DNA of 64,000 nt from Octopus vulgaris. Taxonomy: Eukaryota. The stretch is from NCBI GenBank assembly GCA_951406725.2, contig OX597822.1, positions 97,774,001 to 97,838,000 on the forward strand, read 5' to 3'. Below the pieces are notes generated by a model. That model saw only the letters and a program-made list of their open reading frames with translations, did not search any database and was not told the origin of the DNA. Position 1 is the first letter of the stretch. Each line of letters opens with the position of its first letter. Below, in pieces: positions 1-13,399 of this stretch. The translations under genes and the position numbers were made by a program.

Positions 1-625
1 ACCAAGAGTGGCTATCCAGACAGCTGAGGGCATATCTGAGAGGACCACAATGAGAAGCAGTGGTCCCAAGACAGTGCCCTGTGGAACATCATTCACTATT
101 TGTGTTACCTTTGAGGAAGCCCCCCTGACCATCACTGCCTGACCTGTATCTTTCAGAAAGTCATGTAGCTACTCTCCAAGTTTACTAGCTATGCCAAAAT
201 GTGCAATTTGTGGCATATCATACCATGATCAATTTAATCCAAAGCTTTTGCGAAGTCAAGGTGTATTACTTCCACATTTGAGTTGTCGAATAACTGGTTC
301 AACACCCAGTCGTAGTGCTGTAGGAGCTACGTCAGGCAGCTCCCACCTGGTCGAAAATCATGCTAGGTATCACTCAGCAAGTCATTTTCTTCAAGGAATG
401 CGATTAATTTCCCGCTGACTATTCTTTCCATGACTTTGCTGATGTGTGAAGTCAGGGAGATAGGTTTATAATTTTTGGCATCTGCTTCCTCCCTTATGCA
501 TTGGGCATATTATTTCCTCCTTCAGTTTGTTTGGCAGTTTTCCATTTGCAAGAAAACTTTGGAAGAGAATCCGAAGTGGTTTTGCCAGAGCATTTTTGCA
601 CGATTTGAGGAGGATTGCTGGGAAA
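1..625 (-). mobile_element. Degraded LINE reverse transcriptase fragment (CR1/L2-like)
   Basis: Minus-strand translation gives NYKPISLTSHISKVMERI, VIHLDFAKALD*IDHG and VPQGTVLGPLLL, which are non-LTR RT motifs, with stops. Confidence 0.85.
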
Positions 626-1297
626 CCAAATTAAACCAAATTAAAAATAGATAACCTGCTCAAGGGACATAATTTTTATAAGATTATTATAGTTCTTCAT
701 TTTATTTCAAAATACGACGGGGCCATCTTCTGTAGATATGCCATATGTATACTATAACGACACAGATAATAAAGTGTGTGTGTGGGTGTCTGTATAATTG
801 TAATAAGCTCGATAACTTCATTTTGCTATAAGTATTATTTTGCATTCGTTCTATATTTACATCTGTGGAAGATCAGTTTTAATTTTTCTCTGCCAACCCT
901 CACAATAGAAACCGTAGAAGATCACTTTCGATTTATTCCTTGCATACCTTCAGAATAGAAACCGTGACTTACATTTTAGGTCCAACATTTTTTTACTTTG
1001 TTTCACATATTATACATCAGAATTTATGAGGTCAGCTATCATTTTTCCTATCTTACTTCAGCATATTTGTACAACTTACCATTCGAAAATACCCATTTTC
1101 TCTAAACATAGGAAGAAGCAAATTCTGTGGGGCACTCTTCTGTAGGTATGCCATATATGTAACATAACGATACGCATAATAACATGTGTATCATTGTGTG
1201 TATGTGCGTGTGTGTGTGCGTGTGTGTGTGAGTGTGTGTCTGAAAGAGTGTGTGTGTGTATGTATAACTGTAATAAGCTGTATTACTTTATGTTGCT

Positions 1298-1962
1298 ATG
1301 AAAAAAAAAAGAGAAGCTGACATTGAGGGTCATCCAAGTATAAAATTATTTGACTCGACACTCGGAAGAGTTTACTCCGTGAATCCAAGTTACTATGAAT
1401 GTTTCTTTTTGAGGGTGATTCTTCATGAAATAAAAGGACCGACTTCCTTCTCCTTTATAAGAATGGTTGACGGTCAAACTCTTCATACTTATAGAGAAGC
1501 CAGTTTAGCCTTAAATTTGTTAGATGACAATCCGGGATAGATGACAATGACTGGGGCCTCAGTGTTATGCACACTTATTTCTTTGAGAGAGATCTTTTTT
1601 GAAATTCTTCTCCTGAATTGTGAAATAACCCATTAACCTTGTGGCACAAATATAAGAATGATTTATCAGAAGACTACAAATATCAAGCACGATTGAGATT
1701 CTCTGAGAGGGAAATGGCATTCAACGATTACATATCTTTTACTCTTTTACTCTTTTACTTGTTTCAGTCATTTGACTGCGGCCATGCTGGAGCACCGCCT
1801 TTAATCGAGCAACTCGACCCCGGGACTTATTCTTTTTGTAAGCCCAGTACTTATTCTATCGGTCTCTTTTGTCGAACCGCTAAGTAACAGGGACATAAAC
1901 ACACCAGCATCAGTTGTCAAGCAATGCTAGAGGGACAAACACAGACACACAAACACACATAC

Positions 1963-2001
<39 letters not shown>

Positions 2002-3560
2002 CATATATACGACAGGCTTCTTTCAGTTTCCGTCTACCAAATCCATTCACAAGGCTTTGGTCGGCCCGAGGCTATAGCAGAAGACACTCGCCTAAGGTGC
2101 CACGCAGTGGGACTGAACCCTGAACCATGTGGGTGGTAGACAAGCTACTTACCACACAGCCACTCCTGCGCCTATATATATAATTCTGCATTGGTTGATA
2201 TTGAAGGTTGCGTTGTCTGAATGAGGGAGGAGGAGCTCAGGAAGTTTGGCTTACCTGAAACTCATCGAAATGACACATAAGAGAGGAGGATTAAATTTTT
2301 TGACGCATCAGGAGCTGGAAAAACGTTTGCTACGAATTTAGTGCTAGCCAAAGTCCGGCAGAAAAAGGAAATAACTTTAGCCGTAGCGGGCTCTTGAATT
2401 GCTGCGACTTTACTTCGAGAAAGTCGAACAGCTTACTCAGCATTTAAGCTGTCATTCAATGTAACTTCAAATGATGAACCTGTCTGCAATACTAATAACA
2501 GTATTTCTTCAGCTCAAGTTCTCATGGAATGTTCTTTGATCATATGGGACGAAGCTACAATGTCTCATAAAAAATCAGTAGAAGGATTTGCGCTTTTCCA
2601 AGTGTTTGATGCGAGGTGTGACTAATACTTTCAGGTAATTTCAAGGAAATTTTGTCAGTGATTCCCAGAGGAACAAAGGCGGATGAATTGAAAGCATGCT
2701 TGAAATCTTCTATTTTATGGAAATATCAAAGTGTTAAAGATTTCTACAAATACGAGGGCACATTTGCATGGGGGTAATCTGTCGGAACAATTTGCCCATA
2801 CTATTTTGCAACTCGGAGAAGGAAGGCTAGATATCAATCATGAAGGTGACTTGAATCCATCAAAAATCTGCACCTTCGTCAGCTCGGTTGAGGAACTTAT
2901 TGAAAAAGTTTTTCCAAGTATAATTTCAAATTACACAAATGCTGCTTGGTTGTGCGAAAGAGCAATCATGGCACCAATGAACATTACAGTAAATAATTTA
3001 AATGAAAGATTCAAGAAACTTTTACCAGGAAACGAACATAATTAAAAATATATAGACTCTGTTGTAGATGAACAGGAAATAGTCAATTACCTGGTTGAGT
3101 TCTTAAACTCACTGCACCCACCAGGAGCTCCTCCTCAATGCCTTTCATTGAAAAAAGGCTCTCCAATCATGCTTCTACGCAGCCTTTCTCAACCATAGCT
3201 GTGCAATGGCACAATATTTGTCAAGAAATTAATGAGAAATGTCATACAGGCCACAAGAATTTCTGGCTGTGGAAAAGGTGAAGATGTTTTTATTCCTCGC
3301 TTACCTTTATTACCTCTCAATGTGCTGTTCGAGCTCAAAATTACTTCAATTTCCAATACGTCTGTCTTTTGTGATATCCATTAGTAAGTCTCAAGGTCAG
3401 ACTTTGAAAGTTGCTGGTTTGCAATTAGAAGAGAACTGTTTCTCACATCACACGGCCAGTTATAAAATTGGGACGCCCAGAGTGGGGAGCAAGAACAATC
3501 TTTTCATTTTTGCACACACTGGTAAAACCTGAAACATTGTCTGTAAGGAAGTTTTTACCA
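1298..3560 (+). mobile_element. Helitron Rep/helicase (PIF1-like) pseudogene fragment, interrupted by a SINE
   Basis: LGRVYSVNP..FFLRVILHEIKGPTSF; Walker A-like DASGAGKTF; IIWDEATM; ERAIMAP; QFPIRLSFVISISKSQGQTL; many stops and frameshifts. Confidence 0.9.
1735..2172 (-). mobile_element. SINE family A (tRNA head, CORE-like domain, internal (TA)n, GTAAAAGA-repeat tail)
   Basis: Reverse complement of the copies at 3988, 21765 and 58628. Confidence 0.9.
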
Positions 3561-3899
3561 TGAGATCAACAAACCAAAATTTGCAGAATCATTAACAACT
3601 TTGAATAAATATTGTCAACGTCACACTATATTCGTCTATGAAATGCTTTTTGTATTTTGGTTTGTTGCAATACCTAAGTTCAATAAATCATAGTACATAT
3701 GTTTCTAGTTTTTCCCAGAACTTTTATTTACTTATCTTGTACTAGACATAAGCCAAAGTCTGTGCGATGTTTGCTTCATTTATAGACTGAAATACTATAG
3801 ATCATAGATTAGAAGTTTATAAGCAGCCAGTGAATAATTTTCAATATTCATTGTAAAGTTTTGGCAGCTTCTTTCAACCCAGTTATTGATTCATTGACG

Positions 3900-3901
<2 letters not shown>

Positions 3902-3987
<86 letters not shown>
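3902..3987. repeat. (TC)n-(TA)n microsatellite
   Basis: Direct reading. Confidence 0.95.
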
Positions 3988-3989
<2 letters not shown>

Positions 3990-4153
3990 CGCAGGAGTGG
4001 GTGTGTGGTAAGTAGCTTGTTTACCAACCACATGGTTCCGGGTTCAGTCCCACTGCGTGACACCTTGGGCAAGTGTCTTCTACTAAAGCCTCGGGCCGAC
4101 CAAACCCTTGTGAGTGGATTTGGTAGACGGAAACTGAAAAGAAGCCCGTCGTA

Positions 4154-4186
<33 letters not shown>

Positions 4187-4415
4187 GCATGTGTGTGTTT
4201 GTGCGTCTGTGTTTGTCCCCCTAGCATTGCTTGACAACCGATGCTGGTGTGTTTATGTCCCCGTTACTTAGCGGTTCGGCAAAAGAGACCGATAGAATAA
4301 GTACTGGGCTTACAAAAGAATAAGTCCCGGGGTCGAGTTGCTCGATTAAAGGCGGCGCTCCAGCATGGCCGCAGTCAAATGACTGAAACAAGTAAAAGAG
4401 TAAAAGAGTAAAGAG
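3988..4415 (+). mobile_element. SINE family A, full length
   Basis: Pol III A/B-box-like head (GTGTGGTAAG...GGTTCAGTCCC), CCTTGGGCAAGTG CORE-like motif, (GTAAAAGA)n tail. Confidence 0.9.
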
Positions 4416-4597
4416 TATGTCCATTTACGGACTTAAAAGACTTGCATGAAGACTTCAAATTTCTCAATGCTTCAAAAATACCGTCCAAAGTGAGCAAACA
4501 CGTACGCGTGCACACACACGCACACACTCACACATAAATACACACACATGCACGTATCTATATACATGCCCACACTCAGATTTACATATGTATAATG

Positions 4598-4979
4598 GGA
4601 AGCACTCCGTCGGTTACGACGATGAGGGTTCCGGTTGATCCGAATCAACGGAACAGCCTGCTCGTGAAATTAACGTGTAAGTGGCTGAGCACTCCACAGA
4701 CACGTGTACCCTTAACGTAGTTCTCGGGGATATTCAGCGTGACACAGAGAGTGACAAGGCCGGCCCCTTGAAATACAGGTACAACAGAAACAGGAAGTAA
4801 GAGTGAGAGAAAGTTGTGGTGAAAGAGTACAGCAGGGTTCACCACCATCCCCTTTCGGAGCCTCGTGGAGCTTTAGGTGTTTTCGCTCAATAAACACTCA
4901 CAACGCCCGGTCTGGGAATCGAAACCGCGATCCTGTGACCGCGAGTCCGCTGCCCTAACCACTGGGCCATTGCGCCTCC
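4598..4979 (-). mobile_element. SINE family B (about 385 bp, tRNA-derived head)
   Basis: Near-identical to eight other copies; TSD TATGTATAAT. Confidence 0.92.
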
Positions 4980-5072
4980 GTCGTATGTATAATACACATA
5001 TTCATAAATATATACATATTTAAGTCGACACATGAATACATATATGCATACATAACTGATTTACCAGGACTC

Positions 5073-5372
5073 TCATCACCATAATCATCAACGATTTTTT
5101 GTAACATCATCATCATCATCATCATCATCATTAACGTAGTCGCCGTCGCACCGCCATTGCCATCATCATCATCATCATCATCATCATCACTATCTCCATT
5201 ATCGTCTCCATCGCCCTCTTCGACACGTCGCCCATCACCCTACTCCTCTTTATCGTTATTGTCGCCGCTGTCTTCGTCGTCGTCGTCGGCGTCATCATCA
5301 TCATCATCATCATCTTCATAATCATAATCATTCTTGTTTGTCGTGGTCGTCGTCGTTGCCATCATCACCGTC

Positions 5373-5418
<46 letters not shown>

Positions 5419-5474
5419 CCATCACCATCATCATCATCATCATCTTCATCATCGTCAAAATCATCATCATCATC

Positions 5475-5523
<49 letters not shown>

Positions 5524-5570
5524 CCACCATCATCATCATCATCATCATCATCATTATCACCATCACCATG
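5073..5570. repeat. (CAT)n/(CGT)n trinucleotide microsatellite
   Basis: Direct reading; explains the poly-M/D/I/S ORFs. Confidence 0.95.
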
Positions 5571-5935
5571 AACATGAAAAATGCCAATGCCAGAAGGGGA
5601 AAACAAGAAAAAATATATACAAAAAAAAAAAACAGAACAGAAAGGACCTTGACGGTATAATAGAAGAATATCAAAGAAAACATTATTTCTGTAGAGAACC
5701 TAAGAGAGAACGGAAGAAATTTCTGAACTGCCTGTGGTTGGAAATTTTAGACAAGTATTTGCTATCTTTATTGTTAACAAAGTACAGAACCACGGGAACG
5801 TGTCTTTATTTGAAAATATAAGCTAAAGAATTGATGCCCATCAAATTTCCACTTGATATGACTTCCTTCTCTGCGATATTATTAATCCTTCAAGCGATAC
5901 CCAAAGCAGTCTGTACACCTGGGAAATTAAGTTTC

Positions 5936-5936
<1 letters not shown>

Positions 5937-5977
<41 letters not shown>

Positions 5978-6092
5978 GTATATATTTATATATGCACACA
6001 CATATATGGATTCATGTGTGTATACACACACATACATGCATGTGTGTAGACATATATATGCATGTATGTTTGTGTGTATATACATGTATAAC

Positions 6093-6163
<71 letters not shown>

Positions 6164-6240
6164 CATATATATCTGTATTATATATATACATGCTTATATA
6201 TATATACATATGAGCGATAATCTTGAACCTTATAGTATGC

Positions 6241-6279
<39 letters not shown>

Positions 6280-6569
6280 GTATATATACATATACATATA
6301 CACACATACATATGCACATATATATATATATATATAAATATACACAAACACACATACATACATATGCACATGTACATATACATATACACACACATACGCA
6401 CACACAGGTATATATACTGTGTATGCACATATATATATATGCTTGTGTGTATATATGTATGTATATCTATGTATGTATATCTATGTATATATCTCTATCT
6501 ATCTATGTTTATCTCTCTCTGCATAATATATAATAATGTTGAATTCGAGTATGTACCTTGCAGTGTGTC

Positions 6570-6610
<41 letters not shown>

Positions 6611-6640
6611 TGTACATACATACATATATATTTATATTTA
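5937..6640. repeat. Compound (TA)n/(CA)n/(TACA)n microsatellite tract
   Basis: Direct reading. Confidence 0.95.
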
Positions 6641-6747
6641 AGAAAGAAAAATATATAAAAACGCACTGGCGGTTTGTATAATACAATTTATGCTAATATT
6701 AAGAGGATAATGAAACAGAGAGTTGTATTACAACATTATATAACAAA

Positions 6748-6790
6748 CTGGGAGTACTGGTTTCGCGTCTTGCGCTTATCAAATTTCCAA
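6748..6790 (-). ncRNA. Minimal hammerhead-ribozyme-like motif (U3:A8 core)
   Basis: Minus strand TTGATAA-GCG-CAAGA-CGC-GAAA-CCAGT-A, downstream of the Penelope ORF. Confidence 0.55.
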
Positions 6791-7665
6791 GGTCTCAGAT
6801 TTCAGTACAGAGAAAATATTTGTTAAATCATGGCGACGCCATTTTTGTTGTTGACTATAATTCTTGCAGTCAAAGGGATGTAACGCTTCAATTTTTTTTT
6901 TAAGGTAATTTGGTTTTGGATGTAACTCTTCAATTTATCTGAAAATTTCAAGTTACTTTCAAAGTATTGTTAGGGTATTTGGACTGATATTCTTAATGTA
7001 TACAAATTTGTGAGATATATACACAAGTTTTAGGGGTTATTTACAAATATTTCAAGAGTGGAGAGAAGAATTTATTGTTGTTGTTCTGTTCTAGTGGGGA
7101 TTGGTTGTTACTAAAATGAATTAATGTTCAGTTCTGATTTATATTTCTGGATGAATGGGGCTTCTTTATTAAGACGAGCTTGTGTTGAGGTCCAGTCAGC
7201 AAATTTGTACGGAGGGAATATATAGAATTGTGGTTGCAATTGTTTAGCACATACGTCAACATGTTCGCTGAGATATATCTGACGATATTGTGATGAAGCT
7301 ATTTGTTGACGGGGCGCCGTACCGCGGCGACGGATAGAATTTCCCATAGTTCCGACATAATCTTTCTGGCAGCCCGAGCATCTGATCACATAAATTAGAG
7401 ATTTTCGGACGCACAAGTGAAATCTGATTTGATTGTAAAATGTTGCCCTTGTCTGAAATTGTATTCTGACCCTTCCAAAAGGTCGGGGCATGTTCCACAG
7501 TTGGAGTGATTATATTTTTATTACTTTTGCATTGGTTGTAGTTGGGAGTAATTTTGCATTTGTTAGTATTTTCTTTAGTGACTTGGGGTGTTTGTTGCTT
7601 TTGAATATTTTAAGGTTACGTAGAATTTTTTTCACTTTAGGGTCCTTATGTGGTATTGGTAGATT

Positions 7666-7898
7666 AAGGCGGCGAGCTGGCAGAACCGTTAGCACGCCGG
7701 GCGAAATGCTTAGCGGTATTTCGTCTGCCGTTACGTTGTGAGTTCAAATTCCGCTGAGGTCGACTTTGCCTTTTATCCTTTCGGGGTCGATAAATTAAGT
7801 ACCAGTTACGCACTGGGGTCGATGTAATCGACTTAATACCTATGTCTGTCCTTGTTTGTCCCCTCTGTGTTTAGCCCCTTGTGGGTAATAAAGAAACA
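7666..7898 (+). mobile_element. SINE family C (Meta-domain-like core, LINE-derived tail) inserted in the Penelope ORF
   Basis: GCCTTTTATCCTTTCGGGGTCGATAAATTAAGTACCAG core; 14-bp TSD GGTATTGGTAGATT. Confidence 0.92.
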
Positions 7899-9227
7899 GG
7901 TATTGGTAGATTTTGTATGACTGTGTTGAATGCTTCTTTGTTTCTAGTGTTGTATGTTGATATGTATTAAGAGTAGGTTTGTTGTTGTCTTTGGTTTTTC
8001 TTAGTGCCTCTGTATTGATGGATTTCATGGATTTCGCATGTATTATCCCTTCGTTTATAAGTTGGATTGGGTAGTTCCTGTCCAGAAGTATGTTTTTAAG
8101 TTCTTGTAATCATAAATCCCTGGTATTTTTCTCCGAAACGATGGTGCAGATCCTTCTTGCAAGATTGAAGGTGATGTTTGTTTTCGTATGTCTCGGGTGA
8201 GAAGAGCTAAAAAGAAGATATTGCTTAGCATCTGTCGTTTTATAAAAGATGTCTGTTTCTATTTTGTGGTTGTTTGTTTTTTAATCAGTATGTTTAGGAA
8301 TGGCAGTTCCTCCTGGTTGTATTATATTGTAAATTGTATGTTTGTGTTGATGCTGTTTAGGAGTGTTTTGAATCCCAGGAGTTTGTTTATGTTTTCATTC
8401 CATAGTATGAAGCAGTCGTCTAAAAATCTCTTCCAATTTTCATTTATGTATTGGGCGAGAGGGTCTCCAAATTTTAGAAGTGACTCCTGATGCATTGATT
8501 TTTCTAAGATGCCCATTGTAAGATTGGCAATGGTAGGCGCTACTTTCGTACCCATCGCAATTCCAGATATTTGGCGGTAGACAGTGGTGGAGGATACATT
8601 TTATGGATTCAATGATGAATTCTTTGTTGATTCGTTCTGGTATTTCTTCTGGATATTGTGTTGTCCCAGCCAGAATCGAATAGCTTCTATCCCATAATTA
8701 TGTGGTATGTTGGTATATAGGTTGATGACATCGAATGTAACCATGTTCCTCGACCTGTTCTTGGAGGTGGTTCAACATGTCCAAATCATTTCTGATGTAA
8801 CTTTTGATGTGTTTTAAGTATAGCTTCAGGAGAATGTCCATGAAGTAGCTTAATATATATATAGGTGAAAAAAGATGATAGATCATTACAAATCTAATTT
8901 TTATATATAAAAGATGGAGGTGGAAATAGCACAGAAGTAAATCTAAAACATCTTATCGTGACGCATATTTGCCATTTGAATATGGCTAACCCCTAAGGGT
9001 GGATGCTACTGTAGTTTGTAGCCCCAGGAAGATATCTCCTCCAGCTGGCTATAAATCATACCGCTACTGTTTATAACTCGCTCTGAGATTTATCATTGTT
9101 AAAACATCTTAATTTAATGAAAATTATTTAATAAATTATATAAATTTATCAAATTTATATAAATTATATAAATTTATATAAATTTATTAAATTTATATAA
9201 ATTATATTTAACAAATTACATAAAGAA

Positions 9228-9267
9228 AATATTACCGGTTTCGATGTATTTCATCTTATCAAATATC
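9228..9267 (-). ncRNA. Minimal hammerhead-ribozyme-like motif (U3:A8 core)
   Basis: Minus strand ATAT-TTGATAA-GATG-AAATA-CATC-GAAA-CCGGT-A-ATAT: stem I, stem II and palindromic ACCGGT stem III. Confidence 0.62.
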
Positions 9268-10144
9268 AATAAAAATTTATAAAAAAATGAAGTAAAAACA
9301 GTTTATCTTCTGTCTGGGGGTCAAGAACATGTCTGGAGATTTTTCGTTGAAGTCTTCTTTAAATATAACACATGGATGGCTTTCCTTCAGTTTTGACAAA
9401 GAAGATCCAGTTGTTCGATGAACTCAACTGAATTGCTCGCTCATTGATTAAGTGAGTGGCTGAGAATTCCACAGACACTGGACACCCTGAACATTATTCG
9501 CAGGTGGAATCAGCATGACGCAGTGTGTGACAAGGAAAATGGTATTTTCCCAAGACGTCAGCTGTAGGTTGAAACTCAGAGCATCATGGTTGAGAAGCGA
9601 GTTTCTTAACCATTCTTCTCTACTGCGCCTATATGTATATAAACACACAGTGTATCAAAAGATAAATAGAAACCTTGAAGTATTGTACACTCAGTAGTGG
9701 GAAAAGAAAAGGGAAATAAATCTAGTAATAATGCAGAAAGTTTTACAAAAACCTTTATATTTCGAGTACAAATGACTATCTTCAGAAGGAAGCGGTCAAA
9801 TAAATCTATATTTACGTCGATTTCGTTATTTTATTTGAAAATACTCGGCATTTGGGTTAGCAGCAGTGGTTGCAGCAACAGCAGCAGCAACTCTCTATCT
9901 GTTGGAAATCAATGTAAATACACATTTCTTGGATTCCTTCCTTCTGAAGATAGGCCTTAACGGCGCGAAATATAAAGGATTTTGTAAAACTTTCTGCATC
10001 GTTAGAAGCTTTCTTTATTTCCCTTTTCCTTTTCAACTTCTGTTCTATAATGCTTCAAGCAAACTACGACTCTCTTGTACAGTCAGTGTTTATGAAAATA
10101 AATTTCATTTTCAAAATTTTTTTTCAAAATTTCATAGAATCTAG

Positions 10145-11390
10145 AGGCAGAATTTCATTTATTTGTTTTGTATGAACCCCTGTTTTCAATCAGATAACCG
10201 TTCTGGTCCGAAGCAAACGTCAAGAAACATTTTGTTCGGTATTTGTGCGCATTCTCGTTCAATGGCTGCCATCAATTCGTCGACTGTTGCCGCTTTTGTA
10301 TCGTAACTTTATCTTTTAAGTATCTCTACCCAAAGCCTGGATGTGTGAGGTCGGGTGAACGCGGTAGGTATTTTGCTAAACTTCTTTGTCGCACCCGTCT
10401 GTCTGGCAAAACTTTTATCAAGGTAGGCTATTACATTATGAGGGTAGTGTAATAGTACCTCAACATGCCGGAAATAGAACTCCACATCTTTGAAATTCTC
10501 TTGAATGCTTGGCATGACTGACTGTTGCAGTAAGTTCAAGTAAATGGGATCAATCGAAGTACTGTCCAAAATAAACGGCCCAGTTAATACTTTTAATGAT
10601 AACCCGAACCATACTGTAAATCCTGTTAAATTAACATGATGTTCCTTCATCAAATGCGGATCCTCATGACCCAGTAGGTGAAATTGTAGCTCTTAATTGA
10701 GCTATTTAATTTAAATGTAGCCTCATTACTGAAAATACTTTTTGTTGGAAAGAACATCTACACATCTTGCCAAGTGCTACTCGCGAAACATCACTCTGCA
10801 GTTGTGATCATCTTGGAATGGCAATATTCATCCCCACTTAAACGTGGATGTTCAATTAACGATATAAACTAGGGTGCATTTTGCATCAGAAAGCCAGTAT
10901 GAGAGTTTCTATCATGGTAACTACCGCAGTATAGTTTGTTCCAATAGAACATACACGTTTAAGTCGGAATAAATATTACCTCTCGGTATTAATATTGCTT
11001 CTGTCACTAATATATATATTCTAGGAATGTAAGTTTTCCAATGACAGCGCTTCAAAATGCGATGGACTCTTGATTTTGAAATTCCTATCTCACAACTCTC
11101 TTGCCTCAAAACTATACTTGAACTGTGGCAATACGTTTCTAGTACCCTTTCTTGTTTTGTGGGGCTTGGTTATGCCCACAGTCTTTTGGAATATTTCTTG
11201 GGGACATTCTTAACAGTTCCATCTACTTCAAACTTGTTTCTAATTCGCGTGATGGTAAGTTGCGTAAGTGGATCTGTTTGAAATTCTCTCTTTAACTGTG
11301 TTTGCATTTCGACTACATTTTCAAACTTCTAATATCATTCAAAGATAAATTTCTTTGTTCAAAACTTAAGCTAGCTCCCTTCATTATTTG
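10145..11390 (-). mobile_element. Degraded Tc1/mariner-superfamily transposase
   Basis: ITRIRNKFEVDGTV and [15 protein letters not shown] (HTH region), FSNEATFKLN, VWFGLS...GPFI (DDE/D region); no intact ORF. Confidence 0.75.
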
Positions 11391-12224
11391 TAATAAGAAG
11401 GCAGCGAGTCGGTAGAATGGTTAGCACGCCGGGTAACATGCATAGCGGGTAATTCCAGACCTTATGCGTATAGCAGCTAGGCTTATTTCTAATAATTTAA
11501 ATCTAAAAAGAAATGAAAAGTTAATTATTAGCTCTAAAATATGTAAATATTTTTTGAACGCACAGTGTATCTGTCTGTCTATTGAGAAAACCGAGACTTC
11601 AAAGACACTGTTACCCTCTTCCATGAAAATCTTAAAAAGTATGTATTCTACTAAAAAGTATTGAGTAATCCTTCAAGTAAAGTGTAAAATCATTTTTTGT
11701 TATATATATATAATTTGACATAAAATCAAACCTTAATACATATACAAACACATACATATATTTATTATATCAAAGTTGACGGTCTACTCTGAGTTTTATC
11801 CCAGTTTGGGCTGTTCATGAGTGTTAAAGATGAAAGAAAAACATAGAGTTTGTATCGGGTTCCATTAAAGTTAGGTATGTCACGTCACGGTGGAAACAAT
11901 GTGAAGAAGTGGGTTATGATATTTTTAGCTGTGCATGTAGTTAGAACTAATCTAAATTACAATTTGAATAATTTTTCTTCATTGAAAATGATTTAATGAT
12001 GGTCAATCAAATCACTCTCGAATATTTGATTTGCTGGAAGTCTAAAGAGCGGTTCATAATCTAATAAATATGTTAAAAATCTTGATAATGTTGTTTATAA
12101 TGTATTATACTCGAATTTATGGCGTTGTAATTCGCAGAATACACTTTCACTTAAATTTGTTAGGCTAGGAGTTCAAAGCTTAGCTTTAAGTTTAAATAAA
12201 GGTAGAAATCTGTTTTATCTTTCA

Positions 12225-12470
12225 TTAGTTACTTGTTTCAATCATTAGACTGCGGCCATACTAGGGCAGCACCTTGAAGAATTTTATTCGAACGAAGGAA
12301 CCCTAGTACTTATGTTCTTTTTAAAAATTTGGTACTTATCGATCTCTTTTGCGGAGCCGCTGAGTTACGAGGACATAAACACACCAACACCGATTATCAA
12401 GCGATAGTGGGAGACAAACACCGAAACAAAGACACGCACACACATGCACACACATACACACACGCGCCAA
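12225..12470 (-). mobile_element. Diverged 3' half of SINE family A
   Basis: Matches the family A 3' portion with substitutions. Confidence 0.75.
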
Positions 12471-12669
12471 CATATATGTATCCTTGCGATTTTAAATTTG
12501 AAGTCTGTTCGATTTGAAGACTCCACTAGAATGGACGTAAGCGCTAATATATGATATATGATTTATAAAAACATGTAACATACTAATAAATATCTGTAAA
12601 TATAAAACCATCCGGATTTCTGTGTACCTCATTTCTTCTAATATATATATATATATATATATGTATAGT

Positions 12670-12862
12670 TAATCCATACATGAAAGCACAAAAAACACAA
12701 CAACGCGAGGACGTGGAACAAATATAGTATTATTGGACGCTCAGGAAAGAAGGAGGGCTTAACGTTTCGAGCGGAGCTCTTCGTCGGAAACATAGGAGAA
12801 GGAAAGATCCAGAGAAGGGAAGACAGAGGGAAAAAAATCCTCAACGGTACACACGCGGTCAC
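12670..12862 (-). mobile_element. Short repeat carrying a hammerhead-like motif (related copies at 44490-44860)
   Basis: Minus strand CCGACGA-A-GAGC-TCC-GCTC-GAAAC-GTTA followed by CCTGAGCGTC...CCACGTCCTCGCGTTGTTG, shared with 44548-44650. Confidence 0.6.
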
Positions 12863-13399
12863 ATTATATATATATATATGAGTACATAAACACACATGCA
12901 TAAACCTATATATGTACACATACACACATACATAAAGATATTTATGTATACAGACATGTGAGTATATAGGTGTAAGGAAAAGTGAAAACAATAGTACTCA
13001 ATAGGTGCAGGCGTGGCTGTGTGGTAAGAAGCTTGCTTCCGGTTTATAGCTGTTCGGTTGCATTGTTGGATTTGTGTAAGATTGACGTGTTTTCTGCCTG
13101 TGGGTGTTTTTCTGGCTGTTCGACGTTTTCCCTCTTGTGTGGTGGAGGGGGTTCGCGCGAGAAGTTGGGAGAAGTTGAGGTATTCTTCCATAGAATGTGA
13201 TTCGTCTGAGGAGGAATTAGTTGAATACTCGAACAAGATGGACAAGGAAATGGAGAAGAGGAATTATGCAGCGGCGGCCAGAGAAAAAAATTGAAGAATT
13301 GAATCTGGAAGAGTTGAGTGAGTTCAAGGAAATACTTGGAAGGGAGGGGAACGATGTGAAGGTGTTTTCCCCACCCCCAAAAATGTATTAAAGAATAAG

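Larger units (their letters stand above)
6690..9270 (-). mobile_element. Degraded Penelope-like retroelement (RT plus GIY-YIG endonuclease)
   Basis: RT motifs YRQISGIAMGTKVAPTIANL and WKRFLDDCFILW (about 8320-8580); GIY-YIG-like LIYVIRCSGCQKDYVG...KEAPFIQKYKSELN (7111-7491); hammerhead-like motifs near both ends; outer limits approximate. Confidence 0.88.

Noticed and set aside
729-1280. Two similar blocks at 729-810 and 1139-1280
   Set aside because: Ordinary diverged local duplication around a (TG)n tract with no further signal
5131-5683. Poly-Asp, poly-Met, poly-Ser and poly-Ile ORFs
   Set aside because: They are translations of a (CAT)n microsatellite in all frames
5831-6686. YI/HT/CV-rich ORFs
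   Set aside because: Dinucleotide microsatellite artefacts
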